From Nitrospinales bacterium (GTDB lineage Bacteria > Nitrospinota > Nitrospinia > Nitrospinales > VA-1), in assembly GCA_965262115.1 (NCBI GenBank), contig OZ253496.1:1856001-1920000 (forward strand): a stretch of 64,000 bases of DNA, given 5' to 3'. Both the position numbers and the translations under genes were made by a program. The first letter of the stretch is position 1. Each line of letters starts with the position of its first letter. Positions 50,175 through 60,682 of the stretch are shown here, piece by piece. The notes below the pieces were generated by a model, which saw nothing but the letters and a program-made list of their open reading frames with translations, was not told the origin of the DNA and ran no database searches.

Positions 50175-52564
50175 AAAGTATTGAAATATCTGGTTTTAGA
50201 GGGGCCAGATTCCCACTTTTTCTTGATTTCAAAAAGGAATGCAGAAGCATGGCAATATTTGGGGAAAATGCAAGTGGGAAAAGCACCATAACAGATGCAA
50301 TTGAATGGTTTCTCTCAGATAAAGTAGGTCACCTTTGGCGAGAAGATTGCAAAAAGGAGGCTCTAAGAAATCTAAAAATTGACGAAAAGCAAGAGTCCTA
50401 TGTAAAAACTGAATTAAATAAACAGGGATTTGAAGGAACAAGAAAACTAAGTCCAAAGCTAAAGTCACAGATTCAAAATAAATCGCCGGACCTAGACAAC
50501 TATCTCGACAAAACAACCTCAGAAAGACTTATTTTGAGGAATGCCGATTTAACGACGGATATCAACAAAACTAAAAGCCAAAAAAAGGACAAAATTGCAG
50601 ACATAATCGGATATGAAAAAATTATTCAATTCAGAAACACTATTCAATCAACCCTCAATACTCTTCAAAAAGAAACATCATACACAACTGCTAAGCAAAT
50701 TTATGATTCTAAAGTAGCTGAACTATTTAAGTTAGCCGGGAAAGTAGTTCAAACAGAGAAGGACTTTTACAAAGAGATAAATTCAAAACTAAGCTCTTTC
50801 AATCTTAATAAAAAAGCAAATGATAAGGCTTCCTATAAAGCCTGTATTTTGGAATTAAATAAAGGCATAAATCAGGAAGAGAAGGCCAAGAAAAAAATAA
50901 AATTACAAAGTTTTAAGGAAGAACTAAAGAGCATTGAACTAATACTCCCTTCGCCAAAAAAGTATGAAAAGGATTTTTTATTGGCATACGAAAGTTTGAT
51001 TAAAGAAAAAGAAAAGATAAAGCAGCTTAATCTTGAAGGTTTCCTTAAAATGGGCAAGGAAATTTTGGAAGGGAATGAAAATCAAGAAGAAGAGTGCCCT
51101 TTCTGTGGGAACGAGATTAAGTTCGAAGAACTACAGGTCGAAATAACTAAAAAATTATTGGCCCTGAAAAAAAATCGAGAAGAATTTGAAAAAATAAAAA
51201 CTCAAAAGGACTCTTACGTTAGCTCCTTGAATGAAGTGGGCAACGCGTGTTTCGCCCTAAAATTCAAGTGGGAAGGTTTGAATATTTCAGACGAATTTAA
51301 AGAATTGGTACTTGAATTTTGCACTGAGACTTCCACTCTATCCAAGATAGTTGTAGATAACTTTAATTTGTACGGCGAAATAAAGATACCGGAATTAAGA
51401 GAAAAACAAGAAGAAGTCTTATTAAAAGAATTTGGGTTGCTGGTAAAGAAAGTTGAAATTAATGAAAAGGCATTAAAGCTTACGGAGCAACAGCAAAAAA
51501 TTGTTGATGCAAATGGAGAGCTAGCAAGTTTTCGAAAAGCATTTTTTGACTATCAAGATAATTTGGAAATAAAGCAGATGTTTGAAGAACAAATTAGCTC
51601 TCTATCTTTTGTGTTTGAAGAATTTAAGAAGGTGCAGAATAAAGCTATGCAAGAAGCATTAAATAGGATGTCGGAGGATATTGGGAAGTTCTATTCAATA
51701 CTTCACCCGGAAGAAAATGTTGACTCTGTGAGGCTAGCCATTGTTGGAGAAGAGGGTGTTGAGTTTGAATATTCTTTTGAAGGAAAAACAAGACATCCTC
51801 CGATGAAATATTTAAGCGAGTCTCATCTAAATAGTTTGGGAATAGCATTATTTCTATCCTCAGTTAAACTTTTTAACGTGGGAAGCAATTACTTTATCTT
51901 AGATGATGTCGTTACAAGTTTAGACATAGGGCACAGGCGTAGGATAATAAGATTGCTAAGAGATGAATTCCGGGATTGGCAGGTAATTTTATTAACCCAT
52001 GAGTACTATTGGTTTGAGCTAATTAAAAAAGAACTTGGTCCAGAAGGTTGGATCTTTAACGAAGTAAGGTGGGACAATGAGAATGGAATATTGTTAGACC
52101 TGAGTCCGCAGAACCTTCGGGATCTGATTGAAAAAAAAAGAAAGTCCGGAGAATCGGTAGGGAACGATCTAAGAAAATTATTAGAAAGATTGTTGAAGGA
52201 AGTTTGCGAATCTTTAGAAGTTAAAGTGGCGTATCGTTCAAACGAGCGAAACGAAGAAAGAATGTCTGCTGAATTGCTAAATGCCTTGCGTGGAACCATA
52301 AATAAAAAATGCGTGCCCCTAAAACAACACCAAATATATTCTAAACTAGAGGCAGACAACTTAATTGGAACAAAAGAATCTCATGATAGGCCGGAAGCCG
52401 CAAGCTTGGGAGACGTATATGTTATTTTAGAGGATATTGACGAATTCCAGCAATTATTTGAGTGTGGGGCATGTAAAACATTTGTATCGACAGAAAGAGA
52501 TGTGTCAGGTCAAGATAAGATACTCTGTAAGTGCGGAAAAAAAGAATTAAGCTGGAAAATATAA
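50162..52564 (+). CDS. Rad50/SMC-like ABC ATPase with zinc hook and extra C-terminal domain
   Basis: Walker A GENASGKST, coiled coils with central CPFC, signature LSESH, Walker B FILDD, LTHE, C-terminal CGAC...CKCG. Confidence 0.82.
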   Translation: MLRLKSIEISGFRGARFPLFLDFKKECRSMAIFGENASGKSTITDAIEWFLSDKVGHLWREDCKKEALRNLKIDEKQESYVKTELNKQGFEGTRKLSPKLKSQIQNKSPDLDNYLDKTTSERLILRNADLTTDINKTKSQKKDKIADIIGYEKIIQFRNTIQSTLNTLQKETSYTTAKQIYDSKVAELFKLAGKVVQTEKDFYKEINSKLSSFNLNKKANDKASYKACILELNKGINQEEKAKKKIKLQSFKEELKSIELILPSPKKYEKDFLLAYESLIKEKEKIKQLNLEGFLKMGKEILEGNENQEEECPFCGNEIKFEELQVEITKKLLALKKNREEFEKIKTQKDSYVSSLNEVGNACFALKFKWEGLNISDEFKELVLEFCTETSTLSKIVVDNFNLYGEIKIPELREKQEEVLLKEFGLLVKKVEINEKALKLTEQQQKIVDANGELASFRKAFFDYQDNLEIKQMFEEQISSLSFVFEEFKKVQNKAMQEALNRMSEDIGKFYSILHPEENVDSVRLAIVGEEGVEFEYSFEGKTRHPPMKYLSESHLNSLGIALFLSSVKLFNVGSNYFILDDVVTSLDIGHRRRIIRLLRDEFRDWQVILLTHEYYWFELIKKELGPEGWIFNEVRWDNENGILLDLSPQNLRDLIEKKRKSGESVGNDLRKLLERLLKEVCESLEVKVAYRSNERNEERMSAELLNALRGTINKKCVPLKQHQIYSKLEADNLIGTKESHDRPEAASLGDVYVILEDIDEFQQLFECGACKTFVSTERDVSGQDKILCKCGKKELSWKI

Positions 52565-52627
52565 AATTATTTCATTTAAACAGCCTAGAAAGGTACCAAG
52601 TTAAGGAAAGGGAAGCTTTGGGTGAGT

Positions 52628-53334
52628 ATGGCTTATAAAATAGGCGGTAAAGAATTCTCAAATAAATCTGAAATTACTAGTCAATGCCAGAAAATTCGTG
52701 ATGGCACCCTAGATCGGCAAGTTGTTGATGATTTATATCCAGAGTTTTTATTCGACCTTTGCAAATATCACAATGAATGGCACATGAAAGCAGAAGGTGG
52801 TGTTAGTTATATTTCTACCCAGACCACCGAGCACGGAACTCGTTGCTTTGTTTTAATAAAAAAAATGGAAGTGAAATTGATATTGGCTTCCCTTATGCGA
52901 TTAAATGTATTCTTACAAGCCGTACTTCAAAATTAACTCCTCAGAGTTTACTTGATTTTAAGAGTGCTGCAAGAACTTCAATTCAATCTCAAATATTTAT
53001 CTTTCGCGATAGGGCTCTAAATTCCGCAAAAACTTGTCCCTCTACTGGCGAAATAATAAATAGAGAAAGCTACTCCATTGACCATGTACCGCCAAATACC
53101 TTTGACAGACTTCTTTTTAACTTTAGCCGAGAAAATAGTATAAATCCTTTGAATGTTGAGGTTAATTCAAGGGAAGGTGTTGTCGCTGAGTTCGGAAATA
53201 AAAAATTGGAGTCTATGTGGCAAAAATACCATAAAGCGAAAGCAAAATTGAGAATTCTTTCTAAGAAGGGTAATTTACAGTTACCAAAAGTTCATACGCC
53301 TTGGATTGAATTGTGCTCAACCGATACGATCTGA
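52628..53334 (+). pseudogene. DUF3223/DCL-like plus HNH-like protein, split at an A8 run
   Basis: RCF.L.KK|NGSEIDIGF..C spans the two ORFs; later CP.TG....IDH.PP..F...N. A run at 52858-52865. Confidence 0.65.
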
Positions 53335-53609
53335 AAATTAAGTAAGAGCACCCAAAATGGTACCAAAGTGCGGTATTACTGGTACGCTAGGCTTGAGTTG
53401 TTTTAGCTCCGTTCTGCCCCAAAAATCGAAGCAAAGGCTCCCTGCTCACTAGTCGCTGAGAGCTTTGCATAACCCTGGATTCTTCGTCACTTTGTTCCTC
53501 AGAATGACAAAAAGTCCCCGCATGTCATGCTTCCCCTCCTACGTGGTTGAAATAAAAGCTCCATCCCTCTAATATAGCCAGAGAGAAACTTCTGGAGTCA
53601 CTCGCCGTG

Positions 53610-53652
53610 TACCCCTCTGCGGGGCATGAAAGCTAATGAAGGGGATAACACA
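53610..53652 (-). repeat. ~40-bp micro-element copy
   Basis: Reverse complement is tgtgttatccccttcattagctttcatgccccgcagaggggta. Removal gives cactcgccgtg|agggcaaatagcaatagc. Confidence 0.82.
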
Positions 53653-53743
53653 AGGGCAAATAGCAATAGCTCCTTAAGCCGCTAACACGATTTGAATGCA
53701 GATAAGAGTTATTGCTCGTCAGCCCTCCACTCAGGAGCTGTTC

Positions 53744-54055
53744 ATGAAAAAACCGGCAAAAAAAATCATCGGCCATGTTGACCCGGACCTCAGCGACCTG
53801 ATACCCGGTTATCTGCAAAACCGCCAGAAAGATATAAAAGCTATTAACAAAGCGCTCAAGACTTCTGATTTTGGTGAAATCCGCCTACTGGCCCACTCCA
53901 TGAGAGGATCCGGAGGCGGCTACGGTTTCATGCCGATCAGTAAAATCGGCAACACCATCGAGGAAGCTGCAAGAATAAAAAACCCCGACCAGATTAAAGA
54001 CGGGCTGGCCGAACTTTCAGACTTTCTTAAACGGGTAACTCTGGTTTATGATTGA
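53744..54055 (+). CDS. stand-alone Hpt domain protein
   Basis: LAHSMRGSGGGYGF..IS.IG..IE. Confidence 0.85.
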   Translation: MKKPAKKIIGHVDPDLSDLIPGYLQNRQKDIKAINKALKTSDFGEIRLLAHSMRGSGGGYGFMPISKIGNTIEEAARIKNPDQIKDGLAELSDFLKRVTLVYD

Positions 54056-54113
54056 TCCGGTCATGTTAACGACTATTTATAACTTCACGCTCAATTCCCT
54101 CACCCATTAAACC

Positions 54114-56459
54114 GTGTTGAAATCTTTCAAGGGGTTCGCAATTTTTTTTCTGGCCTTTTCAGGGGTCTGTTCCGTTTTCGCTCAGGAAAAGGACTGGACT
54201 TATTGGCAGGAGCGTTTCCTCCAGTCCTCCTCCAATGAAATCTCTGCATCTGAATCGGCACCACATATCAAAGAGGTTCGTGTCACCGCAGCATTGCCGG
54301 ACTACCCATGGATCAAGGTTTCCAGTTACCGGAACCGACCGGTGGAACGGTGCATCACCTGCCACGATGGCATCGCCAGTATCAGCCCTTCCCATCCTCC
54401 CGAGTTTGGCTGTTCCGTCTGCCACGGCGGCGAACCTGAATCGGTAGACAAGGATCAGGCGCACGCGACTTTGATTTATGACCCCGAGGCAGGGACCGGG
54501 AAACGCAATCCTTCCAGCCTGAGTGTGGTGGAACAATCCTGCGGACAATTATATTGCCATGCGGGTCACACCGATGAAGATAGAAATCATGTCAACCGTG
54601 TTAAAAAATCCATGATGAACACGATGGCGGGTGTGATCTCGGGCTTGAGATACCAATGGGCGGCGCAGAGCCGGAAAACCGCACGTTATGGGACCCTTTC
54701 TATTACCGATATCGACGGGTCGGTTCCCAAAAACCAGGGCGCTTTGGAAAAACTGGAACGGCTGCCATTCTTTTCTTCCGCAACAATTCCCCAACCTGTT
54801 TTGGAAAAGGAGATGTCGGTTCCTGTGTCCCGGCACCCGGCAGACCGTCTACTGCGGAAAAGATGTTTCCAATGCCATCTCGATTCACCACCGGCCAAAG
54901 GCCAGTACCGTTCGCAAGGTTGTGCCGCCTGTCATTTTGAATACTCTTCCAGCGGACTCTATGAAGGCAACGATCCAACGATCTCACGTGCCGAACCGGG
55001 CCACGCCCGGTTCCATAAAATCCGCGCCATTCCCTCACGCGCCACCTGCGTTCAGTGCCATCGGGCATTTGAATTGCGAACTCTGGGCACCAAACCCCAC
55101 GAAGAACCGGATGTCTTGGAAGAAATCAAAGCGGAAGAGGACATCACCCCTGTTGACAATTCAATCAATCCTGTTGAAACACCATCAACCGCCCTGGATG
55201 CTGAGACAATAAAGGATGCAATGGTCGAAATACTATCAACCATCCTCGACCTTAAAAAAATAGAAGATGCAACGGTCGAAGCACCCGAAGAGGACGACAC
55301 CGTTAAAGAATTTTCCTTGTTTGCCGCAAAAGGCCAGGTCCTAAAAGATGTGCACACGGCCAAGGGAATGGACTGCACCGATTGCCATACGCAACTTGAT
55401 ATCATGGGGGACGGGAATCTTTATTCCAAGCAACATGAAGCAGTAGAGATTCGTTGCGAGACATGCCATGGAGACAGTCTGTCCTATCCCTCCATTTCAC
55501 AGATCACCGAACCCGGCGATGCGGCGATTCGGGTCAGTAAATATTATAAAGGCGGTTCAAACAAGGTGGAGGACTGGATGGCGGTTTCGGCACACAGTCG
55601 GAAGATGACCAATGTAAAAGTTCAAGATGGACGCATGGTCGCCATTGGCAAGCAGAGTGGCAAGGTTCATGAAATTCCGCTGGTGAAGGATTTTCTCAAT
55701 GCCCACTCCATTCCCCAACACCAGTCCCGTATAGAATGTTCGGCTTGCCACGCACGCTGGGTAGTGCGTTGTCCGGGATGCCATCAGACCATCACGGGCA
55801 GCCAGACCCAAGCACCCATACCCACGCCCCATTTCCTGGATATCGGGGAACCCGCGTTAATGATCGGGCCTCGGGGCAAGGTGGCCCCCATGCTGACCCA
55901 GCCGGAAAGACACCTGACCGTTCTTGATGAGAGAGAAAATCTGATTCCCGTTCTGGGGCGGATGGGAAAGAGACAGGGGCAATATCGGCAGTGGGCTTTT
56001 ACCAATCCGCATGGCACCTCCGGCTCAAACCTGGCTTATGCGCTGAATCCGCATTCCATACAAAAACAGGCCCGCTCTTGCACCAGTTGCCATTTGTCTC
56101 CTGAAACTTTAGGATTAGGGGAAGGCGATCTCAAGATAGGAAAAAACTCCACCGGGAAAAATGATTTTGTCGATCCCTTAAACCGGACGGATAGAATGCT
56201 GAAGGCATCACAGTTTGATCCGCAAGCCAAAGTGTCAATGCGGGGGGAACCCCTTGCAGGAACCCATCAGCTAAAAGCCCGGACCTTTAACCAGAAAGAA
56301 ATAATCCGGATTTTAAGAGTTGGCAATTGCATACCCTGCCACGACCAGTATGATGATCCGGTCTATCAGGATATCAACCAAAGCTATGCCTTTGCACGTA
56401 CAATGGACCACCGTCGCTTACGGGAAAAAATATTGAGTTTGAGGCGATCCCCTGAATGA
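54114..56459 (+). CDS. multiheme cytochrome c (11 CxxCH plus one CX4CH)
   Basis: Signal peptide; CITCH, CSVCH, CGQLYCH, CFQCH, CAACH, CVQCH, CTDCH, CETCH, CSACH, CPGCH, CTSCH, CIPCH. Confidence 0.9.
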   Translation: MLKSFKGFAIFFLAFSGVCSVFAQEKDWTYWQERFLQSSSNEISASESAPHIKEVRVTAALPDYPWIKVSSYRNRPVERCITCHDGIASISPSHPPEFGCSVCHGGEPESVDKDQAHATLIYDPEAGTGKRNPSSLSVVEQSCGQLYCHAGHTDEDRNHVNRVKKSMMNTMAGVISGLRYQWAAQSRKTARYGTLSITDIDGSVPKNQGALEKLERLPFFSSATIPQPVLEKEMSVPVSRHPADRLLRKRCFQCHLDSPPAKGQYRSQGCAACHFEYSSSGLYEGNDPTISRAEPGHARFHKIRAIPSRATCVQCHRAFELRTLGTKPHEEPDVLEEIKAEEDITPVDNSINPVETPSTALDAETIKDAMVEILSTILDLKKIEDATVEAPEEDDTVKEFSLFAAKGQVLKDVHTAKGMDCTDCHTQLDIMGDGNLYSKQHEAVEIRCETCHGDSLSYPSISQITEPGDAAIRVSKYYKGGSNKVEDWMAVSAHSRKMTNVKVQDGRMVAIGKQSGKVHEIPLVKDFLNAHSIPQHQSRIECSACHARWVVRCPGCHQTITGSQTQAPIPTPHFLDIGEPALMIGPRGKVAPMLTQPERHLTVLDERENLIPVLGRMGKRQGQYRQWAFTNPHGTSGSNLAYALNPHSIQKQARSCTSCHLSPETLGLGEGDLKIGKNSTGKNDFVDPLNRTDRMLKASQFDPQAKVSMRGEPLAGTHQLKARTFNQKEIIRILRVGNCIPCHDQYDDPVYQDINQSYAFARTMDHRRLREKILSLRRSPE

Positions 56460-59182
56460 ACCGTTTCTTTAAAATTTCAGCCCTGCTGGTTTTGGCAGGA
56501 AGTTTTTGGTCCTTTCCTTTTCTGTCTTCAGGGCAGGATTTAGAAATCAAAAATCCATTCGAGTTTCCAGGCAGTGATGAACAGGAAAAGCCCCCTCCAT
56601 CCCCTGAACCTGAGAAAAACCCGTCAGGACTACTCGATCTTTTCATTCAACCTGACGGCGATGCCCAGCCTGAATCCGAAGAAATTTTTGAATCGGATGT
56701 TGGCAGTGGCAGTACGTCCGCTATTGAATCCAAGAGTATGGTTGAGATTCCGAAATCGATCTCGAAAAAAGATTTTGACGCCGCCGATTTCAACGATCCT
56801 TTCTACCGGGTTCGGGGCTTTCAGGAAAATTCAGAAAAAATTTTACAACCGGGAACCACTTTGGATGGAGTCCGGTTTCAGAACTACGGAGAATCCGGAA
56901 AATTCGTTGAGCGGTTTTATCGCGAATCAGGATTCTCTATAGACGCAGTTTTCGGTAAAATTAAATACTTGGAAAAAAGGGGCGGGTGCTACACCTGCCA
57001 TCAGGGCATCGAAGAACTCAGCCCCAACCACAAGATGGCCTGCGTTCGGTGCCATGGCGGAAACCGTCGGGCCAAGTCCCTGCCAAAAGCTCATAAAGGA
57101 CTGGTGCCAAATCCCTCTTCCATGGAGAACGCTCCCAGGTTTTGCGGCAAATGCCATGAGAGCCATGTCAATAAAATCGGCCGCTCGGTGATGGCCACCG
57201 CCAAACGCATGATCAACATCACCCGTTTTGCATGGGGCGCACAACCTGCCGATGAACTGCCCTATTCCCTGTATCCCGAAGAACAGGAGCAACCCTACCC
57301 TCCATCGGGAGACGAGCATGCGGTAGACGGGTTTCTCAAAACCAAATGCCTGAGATGTCATCTCGATGCGCCCGGCCCGCACCGGCCAGGGGATTACCGT
57401 GCAACCGGATGCTCGGCCTGCCATATGGTCTACACCAATGACGGTATTTCTCTTTCGCACGACCGGGCTATTCAGGCTTTGCAGGAAAAGGAAAAAACAC
57501 AAAACCGGTTTGAACGAAATTTCGCCAGCAAATCTCTGAGCAATCGCCGGGGCTATCCCTTGCTACATAAATTCACCACCGCCATACCCAGCGTCCAATG
57601 CGAACATTGCCATAACAATAATGGCGTGGGGCAAGAGTTTGAAGGCTTGTTTGCCATACCTGCACGACCTCAAGCCGCTCCAAAATCCATCAACGATGAA
57701 CAACCGGTTTTGTACGGAAAGGAACATAAGTTCCTGGTTCCCGATATTCACCGTGAAAAGGGCATGCATTGCATCGACTGTCACATCGGCGATGAAATGA
57801 AACCGGAAATCGAACCGGAAGGCCTGCGTTCGGCAGTTCAAATACGCTGTACCGATTGCCACGGCACTCGCTCGAAACCACCCGAAGGATTGCTATTGAT
57901 TGAATCGGACCCCAGAACCAAACAACTGTTAAAGAGAGCTGATTTGAATCCCAACCTGAAAAGGAAAGTCCGCACGGGAGATACGGTACTGGTGAATTCC
58001 AGCTTCTCGCCCATGACACACATCAAGCAGGAGAAGGGCAAATGGATTTTGATTTCCAAAGTAACGGGAAAGAAACACACTATTCCTCTTCTAAAAAATA
58101 TTGAGCCGCCTATCGCCCACCAGATTCCAAAACATATGAAGGAGGTGGAGTGTGCGGCCTGCCATGCCAGATGGTCGGCAGGAGAATGGGGAATGCATCT
58201 CATTCGCGAAAACACATTCGCCCCGGAAAAGTGGAAAGACTGGAACCTGAGCGACCCGGATCTGCAGGAACAGCTCTCAACAAATGAATCTGGCCAACCG
58301 GGAATGATCAACTGGCTCACTGCAAAATCCCACCCTGACAAAATAGAAGGAGACCGTTTGAGGGGATATTGGTGGTCCGTGTTCGCAGAGACCGGATGGT
58401 CGGACCTGATATTGGGGAAAAATGATCGCGGGAAATATTCGATACTAAAACCCCGCTATCAGTATTTAATCACAGACCAGACCAGTCCGCTGGGGCTTCC
58501 GACCAAACGTGCCGAACCACCATTGACTCTGGATGGGGGAGCAGGCCTGATCTGGACCACCTATTCCCCGCATACGATTCGCAAGACCGTCCGCAGTTGT
58601 GAGTCCTGCCATCAAAACGAATTGTCCGCCGGGTTGGGCGACCCTCTACGGCAGAACATTAAAAACGCAACTTCGTTTTTTGATGAATTGCGATTCAACA
58701 ACCAGGTGCTGCCGCAGTTCCAGCTCAAGCAGGGGGTGACGCAAAATGGGGAGCCCCTGCAAACGGCTTTTCCCGGCGATGAGATCCGTTTTCTAAACGC
58801 GGAAGAAATCTCTGCCTTGCAGGAAACGACAGACCGCTATCGTTCGTTCCGCTTCCTGAACTTACGCGAATTGAGTTTCCCGCGCCTGCTTTCGCGGCAG
58901 GAATTCCCCTATGACGCCCGGCACCGTGCGCAGGAAAATAGTATGGGTCCACCACCCTTAAAGGATGACCTTTATTATAATGTGGAAAAAAACCAGTTTG
59001 TGAAAGTCGAAGCTCCTGCGGTTGAAATCCCACCCACGCCGCAGGAATCCGAAGCCCTGGAACCCGGAACCCCGGAACCCGCTCAGCAAAAGAAAATCAT
59101 AGAGTTTTTATACGATCTCTTCCAGGACGACGAAACACTCGATAACGGGAGTGACCAGCCGCCCCTTGAACCTGGACCATGA
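56456..59182 (+). CDS. multiheme cytochrome c (10 CxxCH), paralogous to the upstream gene
   Basis: CYTCH, CVRCH, CGKCH, CLRCH, CSACH, CEHCH, CIDCH, CTDCH, CAACH, CESCH. Confidence 0.9.
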   Translation: MNRFFKISALLVLAGSFWSFPFLSSGQDLEIKNPFEFPGSDEQEKPPPSPEPEKNPSGLLDLFIQPDGDAQPESEEIFESDVGSGSTSAIESKSMVEIPKSISKKDFDAADFNDPFYRVRGFQENSEKILQPGTTLDGVRFQNYGESGKFVERFYRESGFSIDAVFGKIKYLEKRGGCYTCHQGIEELSPNHKMACVRCHGGNRRAKSLPKAHKGLVPNPSSMENAPRFCGKCHESHVNKIGRSVMATAKRMINITRFAWGAQPADELPYSLYPEEQEQPYPPSGDEHAVDGFLKTKCLRCHLDAPGPHRPGDYRATGCSACHMVYTNDGISLSHDRAIQALQEKEKTQNRFERNFASKSLSNRRGYPLLHKFTTAIPSVQCEHCHNNNGVGQEFEGLFAIPARPQAAPKSINDEQPVLYGKEHKFLVPDIHREKGMHCIDCHIGDEMKPEIEPEGLRSAVQIRCTDCHGTRSKPPEGLLLIESDPRTKQLLKRADLNPNLKRKVRTGDTVLVNSSFSPMTHIKQEKGKWILISKVTGKKHTIPLLKNIEPPIAHQIPKHMKEVECAACHARWSAGEWGMHLIRENTFAPEKWKDWNLSDPDLQEQLSTNESGQPGMINWLTAKSHPDKIEGDRLRGYWWSVFAETGWSDLILGKNDRGKYSILKPRYQYLITDQTSPLGLPTKRAEPPLTLDGGAGLIWTTYSPHTIRKTVRSCESCHQNELSAGLGDPLRQNIKNATSFFDELRFNNQVLPQFQLKQGVTQNGEPLQTAFPGDEIRFLNAEEISALQETTDRYRSFRFLNLRELSFPRLLSRQEFPYDARHRAQENSMGPPPLKDDLYYNVEKNQFVKVEAPAVEIPPTPQESEALEPGTPEPAQQKKIIEFLYDLFQDDETLDNGSDQPPLEPGP

Positions 59183-59931
59183 AAACTTTCGCAATTTTTA
59201 TATTCAGCGGGTTTTTTATACTCCGCCCACTTGCCGTGGAGGCAGATAGCAATAGCCTGACAAACCACCAGGCACCCTTGAGCGCGGAGAAAGACAAGAT
59301 GCAGTTGCCAGCGGAGGCACTCCGCTTTGCCGACGCAGGGATCCTGGAAGATAAAAACTGCGGCTCCTGCCACCGGTTGAACGCTGAAGAAACAGAAAAA
59401 AGTTTTACCGGGCCGGACCTGCATTATGCCGGTAGCAAATTCCAACCGAAATGGTTGATCGAATTTCTGAAAAACCCCGAGATCATCCGGCCTGGCAGAT
59501 TCATCACCGATCCCGGGTTTTTAAAGGGGAACTCCGAAAACCCGCCGCCGCATCCTTCATTTCCTGAAGAAGAGGCCAATGCCATGGCGGCAGAGCTAAT
59601 GGGTTTGAAAATTCTCAAGCAAACGTCGGTCACTCCAGAGCCTCTGTCGAAGGGGCAACGCGCCAAAATCAAATATCAGTTTGAGCGAACATTCAGTTGC
59701 ATCTCCTGTCATCAAAGTTTGAATCTGGCTGGGAAAGTCCGTGGCGGCATTTCCGGTCCATCGCTGGTCAACGCAGGAAACCGACTGCAGGCCAACTGGG
59801 TCGCCGACTGGCTGAGCAAACCGGAAACTTACACGGCAAAAGGGCGTATGCCGCGCTACAAAATGGACCCCGCCACCCTGAACCAGTTCACCCGGTTTCT
59901 CATGATGCTGAAAAAAGAAAATATAAAATAA
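59179..59931 (+). CDS. diheme cytochrome c
   Basis: CGSCH and CISCH, each followed by GP.L..AG. Confidence 0.87.
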   Translation: MKTFAIFIFSGFFILRPLAVEADSNSLTNHQAPLSAEKDKMQLPAEALRFADAGILEDKNCGSCHRLNAEETEKSFTGPDLHYAGSKFQPKWLIEFLKNPEIIRPGRFITDPGFLKGNSENPPPHPSFPEEEANAMAAELMGLKILKQTSVTPEPLSKGQRAKIKYQFERTFSCISCHQSLNLAGKVRGGISGPSLVNAGNRLQANWVADWLSKPETYTAKGRMPRYKMDPATLNQFTRFLMMLKKENIK

Positions 59932-59935
59932 GTCC

Positions 59936-60391
59936 ATGACAATAAATCAAAAAAATTTGCTCGCCGGAATAATGCTCCTGACACTATGGGTCACCGGCTG
60001 CGGACAAAGTGAGCAGGTTGCCCCTACCATCAAACCTCCCACACAGCAGGAGGTCGGGAAAACCATTCCGCAAAATCCACAACCTGCGCTGGCTCAGGTC
60101 ACGGAAAACACCCGGCAGACTTATCAATGGTATTGCGCCCAATGCCATGGCATGAAAGGAAAGGGAGACGGCATCAACGCCAAATTCCTCACGGTCCCAC
60201 CCCGCAACCACACCAAAGCTGAATATCTCGAAACCCGGACCAATGAGCAACTTTTTGAAGCTATCAAATTCGGCGGACTTTCTGTGGGCCGGGCTCCCTG
60301 CATGCCGGCCTGGGGCCACACTCTCAATGAGGGCACCATCCACTCTCTGGTCCAATACATCCGCGAACTGTGCCAGTGTGAAGTCCGCTAG
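59936..60391 (+). CDS. monoheme cytochrome c lipoprotein
   Basis: Lipobox VTGC; CAQCH; MPAW. Confidence 0.87.
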   Translation: MTINQKNLLAGIMLLTLWVTGCGQSEQVAPTIKPPTQQEVGKTIPQNPQPALAQVTENTRQTYQWYCAQCHGMKGKGDGINAKFLTVPPRNHTKAEYLETRTNEQLFEAIKFGGLSVGRAPCMPAWGHTLNEGTIHSLVQYIRELCQCEVR

Positions 60392-60682
60392 CCCTTTGAC
60401 AGGGGAGGCAACTGGCAATAACTATATCCTGCGGACATACGCTCTCTCGGCCCAACGGGTCATTGCTCATTGCCTCCGGAGGCTCGCCGGTTGGCCCCAC
60501 GCCGAGTGGACGGAGTACCTCCGCTGGTAAATGGGTCTGACTTTAAATTGCGTATGAGTGTGCTTGGCTTATTAGCTTTCTCCTAGTTGGCCCCACGCCG
60601 AGTGGTTTGCTATAATCATTCTCTGAGATAAAAGGAAGTCCATCCTTACCCGTACAACTTATAAAAAAAGTGAGACCCCATA

